DNA of 64,000 nucleotides from a virus: IMG/VR virus record IMGVR_UViG_3300010354_000069, positions 1 to 64,000 of that record; one strand, 5' to 3'. Shown piece by piece: positions 61,129 to 64,000 of this stretch (position 1 is its first letter; each line of letters starts with the position of its first letter). The notes under the pieces were generated by a model. It saw only the letters and a program-made list of their open reading frames with translations, ran no database searches and was not told where the DNA came from. The position numbers and the translations under genes were made by a program.

Positions 61129-63245
61129 GGTAATCCGTTTATTTTATTCTGTATAGCGGTAACTTTGTCGTGCAAACTCCCTACCATGGGCATAGCGCTA
61201 GGTATGCGTTTCTGATCTATGATAGCTTTAGAGCTCTCTACTTGGGTCTTTTTTTGGTAGAATAAATCAGAAATCCGTTCTGCTTCTTTTACCGAGTCCC
61301 TGTACATATTCAGAGCTGTGCCGAGGTCTATTATTGTTTGAGTTTTTTTGCGTGAATCCTCTACAGAGAGAGGTGCAGTGTTAGCTTTCCAAGTTGCTTC
61401 TAGACTATTCACTCTCTTTTCTAACACATTAAGATTTCTCATTATAGTAACGTACTTTCCTTTGAACGTATCACCTAACCTATAAAGGTCTTCTAGGGAT
61501 TGATCTAGTAGAGGTGCAAAAGGCTCATTGTTGGTTCCTGGCTCAACGCCTTCTATTCTTGCTGCTAGGTTCCTAAGCATACGATCAAGATTATTAACAT
61601 CATTCACTTGCTTAATTACATTTATACCTCGCTGATCTACTACACCGCTAAATACATCTTTGTCGTTAGTATTAGCTTCAGGAAGTCTACCAGGATTTCT
61701 GTATATTGCATCGACTTCGTCAAGGCTACGATCAAAAGATCTTTCAGCCACCTTTTTACGCTCAGCAAGCGCATTATATACTTCGGTAGTCGGTTTGGAC
61801 TTACTAAACCGGGCAGTTCTAATATCTTTTTCCAAGGGTTCAACCAGTCTCTTAAATTCGTCGTACACCCTAGCGTAAGCATCCCGACCCGCTTTAATTT
61901 TTTGAGCTAAAGCATTAGCAGCAGTAGACTCAACTTCCCCGCCGCCTTGCTTTTTATTGTCGTCAGCAGGAGCGATAGCAGGAGCGGTAGAAGCAGCCGC
62001 TGCTGCAGAAGAATCGAGGCGAGGTCCACTTTGGGCAGCCGCTTCTGCTCTATTGATATTATCTTGAGCTTTAGCTTTAGCTTTAATGTTACGCCTAGAA
62101 TTAGGCCCGGTGCTACCCTTTCTTTTTCTCTTGACTTCAGTGGAGCCTACAATCATGCCCTGAATCTTGTACCAAGTACGATCATCTCTCTGGTAGAGAC
62201 GTTCAAACCCGACAACAATCAGGTCGTACTTGATCGTGACAATTCCGGTGTTCAGAACAAATCGCAGGGGAACGCCGCGGCGAATCTGCATTTCAAACGC
62301 ACGTGAGATTGCCCAAGCTCCAAGATTGCCCATTCCGTAGGTTGGCGAGCCGCCCCTGTCTTTTGGATCCGTGCTCAAACCGTATTGATAGCCTAAGTAA
62401 CCGCGAGCATTTACCTGGTTTGCCTGAGGGCTGTTAGGAAGGTAGAAAGGGTCTGGTGAAAGCTCTGAGTAAACCTGACTTTCGCCAGGTTTCAACCCTG
62501 TCCTAGAAAGTAACTGCTGTTCCTCGTCTGTAAGCTTCCGGCTATTCCCGCTTTGTATCTGGTCGGTCGTAGGGCCAACAAAGTGTTTGTGCGCGTCAAA
62601 CTGGACCTTATGGTCAAACCCAAGAAACGCCCCTACAAACTCAAGCATTTGTCCCTGAATGCCTAGAGACTGGTAGAGGGGAACGCTACCTGGAATCAGC
62701 ATGGTAGAAAAGTTCTGAATGTGTCTGACAGTAATGCCCGGGCCTGCTCCCGGGGCAATCGTACCGGTTGCGCCGTGTACTGAAGCCACGGTAGACATGG
62801 CTGGTGGAACCTCAAACTCAAGCGGGCCTAGTAGTACTCGCGTGAATCCGGGGTACCCTTGGTTGGTTACTGCCTCAGCCGTCCTTCTGGAGTTAATACC
62901 AGTACCGTTATCATATTCTTCTGCCGCTTCATTAGCGGTGTCTGCCCCTTTGGGTTTTGACAAAAGACTCATTACACCGCCCAAACCCCAAACAGCGCCG
63001 GCTGTTGCAGTCTGCTGTAAAACGTCCTGCCACTTGCTAGGATCGTTTGCTATTTGGGTTATCCACGAGCTCGTCATGGTGCCCGGCAAAGAGTCAAAAA
63101 TAGCGGCAGTAGTGGGATTAGAGTGGGCCAAAGCTCCTATTCCCGCATTTGCAGCACCAGCTTTGCTTTCAAAGTCGGCGAGGTTGAGTTTTGCCCCGCC
63201 GACCTCAAGCTTTCCGCTTGTGATGTCCTGCCACCACTCAGCCAT
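61125..63245 (-). CDS. Putative tail/baseplate protein with C-terminal coiled coil
   Basis: 'QNFSTMLIPGSVPLYQSLG...LEFVGAF' resembles tube-initiator/gpU-type domains. Helical C-terminal half. Confidence 0.5.
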   Translation of the reverse strand: MAEWWQDITSGKLEVGGAKLNLADFESKAGAANAGIGALAHSNPTTAAIFDSLPGTMTSSWITQIANDPSKWQDVLQQTATAGAVWGLGGVMSLLSKPKGADTANEAAEEYDNGTGINSRRTAEAVTNQGYPGFTRVLLGPLEFEVPPAMSTVASVHGATGTIAPGAGPGITVRHIQNFSTMLIPGSVPLYQSLGIQGQMLEFVGAFLGFDHKVQFDAHKHFVGPTTDQIQSGNSRKLTDEEQQLLSRTGLKPGESQVYSELSPDPFYLPNSPQANQVNARGYLGYQYGLSTDPKDRGGSPTYGMGNLGAWAISRAFEMQIRRGVPLRFVLNTGIVTIKYDLIVVGFERLYQRDDRTWYKIQGMIVGSTEVKRKRKGSTGPNSRRNIKAKAKAQDNINRAEAAAQSGPRLDSSAAAAASTAPAIAPADDNKKQGGGEVESTAANALAQKIKAGRDAYARVYDEFKRLVEPLEKDIRTARFSKSKPTTEVYNALAERKKVAERSFDRSLDEVDAIYRNPGRLPEANTNDKDVFSGVVDQRGINVIKQVNDVNNLDRMLRNLAARIEGVEPGTNNEPFAPLLDQSLEDLYRLGDTFKGKYVTIMRNLNVLEKRVNSLEATWKANTAPLSVEDSRKKTQTIIDLGTALNMYRDSVKEAERISDLFYQKKTQVESSKAIIDQKRIPSAMPMVGSLHDKVTAIQNKINGLP

Positions 63246-63248
63246 GGT

Positions 63249-63653
63249 TTACTTACCGCTATACAACTGGGCAACTGCCGCCAGCAGGCCAAGTAATACA
63301 GACAATAGCGTGCCATAGGTAACCAGCGTGTTGTGCTGTAGCTCCTTTGCGGTAGCCAACTGGCGCTCCACCGCGGTGTCCTCAATTTTCTTGACGCTGG
63401 CTTCAATCAGCTCAAGGCGACGGTTCTGTACTTCCAGAATATGCTGGACTTCGCCACGTGAGATGTTGCCCTCGTTCAGCCTCTTGAGGTCACGCAAGTC
63501 GTTATGAATAGCGTCAATCTTGGCCAGTAGAGTGGCAATCTCACGCGAGTTGATGCCCGTCTGCACGGCCATGTCATCCAGCCTGCGGGATAGTTCGCCT
63601 ATACGCCTCTCAAGTTCGTCAGCGCGCAACTCAAAACCTTCATTCATCCCCAA
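63249..63653 (-). CDS. Coiled-coil protein with C-terminal TM helix (XhlA/holin-like)
   Basis: Heptad repeats, then LVTYGTLLSVLLGLLAAVAQLY. Confidence 0.6.
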   Translation of the reverse strand: MGMNEGFELRADELERRIGELSRRLDDMAVQTGINSREIATLLAKIDAIHNDLRDLKRLNEGNISRGEVQHILEVQNRRLELIEASVKKIEDTAVERQLATAKELQHNTLVTYGTLLSVLLGLLAAVAQLYSGK

Positions 63654-63656
63654 CTC

Positions 63657-63995
63657 CTACGCTTGGTGCAAGCTATCGATCACGCGAATCTTGAACTGCC
63701 CGGCAGTCTGGGGTTTGTTAGCTACGCCAAAGTAGACGACAATCTCTGCTTCGTACTCACCGGGTGTATCGGTATCACCGGGCTGCCACTCATAAACAGC
63801 TTTGCCCGTAGCAGCATCAGTTACGGTAAGTTCAGCTCCGCTGATCTTGTTCTGGGTAGGATCACCTGCGTCAAGCCCCATATAAAGCTTTACGGAAGCA
63901 ACACCAGTAAGATCCAACGGAATGTTCTGTCGATCGGCCAGCTCTACTTCTAGGTTAGGAAGCAAGTCGCCTTGGTACATGGTAATGGTTTGCAT
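63657..63995 (-). CDS. BppU N-terminal-like baseplate protein
   Basis: GD..P.LEV.L.D....PLDLTG...TDAATGK..YEWQPGDTDTPGEYEAEI. Confidence 0.75.
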   Translation of the reverse strand: MQTITMYQGDLLPNLEVELADRQNIPLDLTGVASVKLYMGLDAGDPTQNKISGAELTVTDAATGKAVYEWQPGDTDTPGEYEAEIVVYFGVANKPQTAGQFKIRVIDSLHQA

Positions 63996-64000
63996 CAGAG

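Noticed and set aside
1-64000. Alternative genetic code or stop-codon recoding
   Set aside because: Genes tile densely under the standard code, and TAA, TAG and TGA all end recognisable full-length proteins.

Overview
This window looks like part of a large tailed dsDNA phage genome. No rRNA, tRNA, CRISPR array or integrase was seen. A diderm host, possibly of the cyanobacterial lineage, is inferred from a cyanobacterial-style Hfq and a protein ending in a beta-signal-like sequence. From left to right the window holds: the end of a tail-fibre gene and three tandem paralogous virion-type genes (1-3.9 kb); dUTPase and an Nmad1-like gene; an inverted PAAR/spike mini-module (5.8-8.5 kb); a VWA-metallopeptidase plus MoxR ATPase pair; a highly structured ~450-bp non-coding island with two minus-strand sigma70-type promoters (11.84-12.29 kb); and a long plus-strand replication block. 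That block encodes a family A polymerase, beta clamp, DnaX, delta-like protein, epsilon-like exonuclease, UDG, SNF2, SF2 and UvrD helicases, DnaG, SSB, RNase HII, class II RNR, resolvase, Cas4-like nuclease, HU and Hfq. A minus-strand virion block follows, with a 5,866-aa giant protein, large terminase, amidase and a BppU-like protein. The top candidate for a new system is in the giant protein (PLD + tape-measure-like + lytic transglycosylase + M23). It carries a tandem-duplicated [zincin metallopeptidase]-[ADP-ribosyltransferase-like] cassette in which each of the four enzyme domains is preceded by an internal signal-peptide-like sequence ending in P-A-E-A and a second hydrophobic helix. This suggests a virion-delivered effector polyprotein cut by host signal peptidase. 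The second candidate is two tandem structured non-coding RNAs beside the polymerase gene, together with a phage-encoded Hfq. All family calls are by-eye motif recognition, not database searches.
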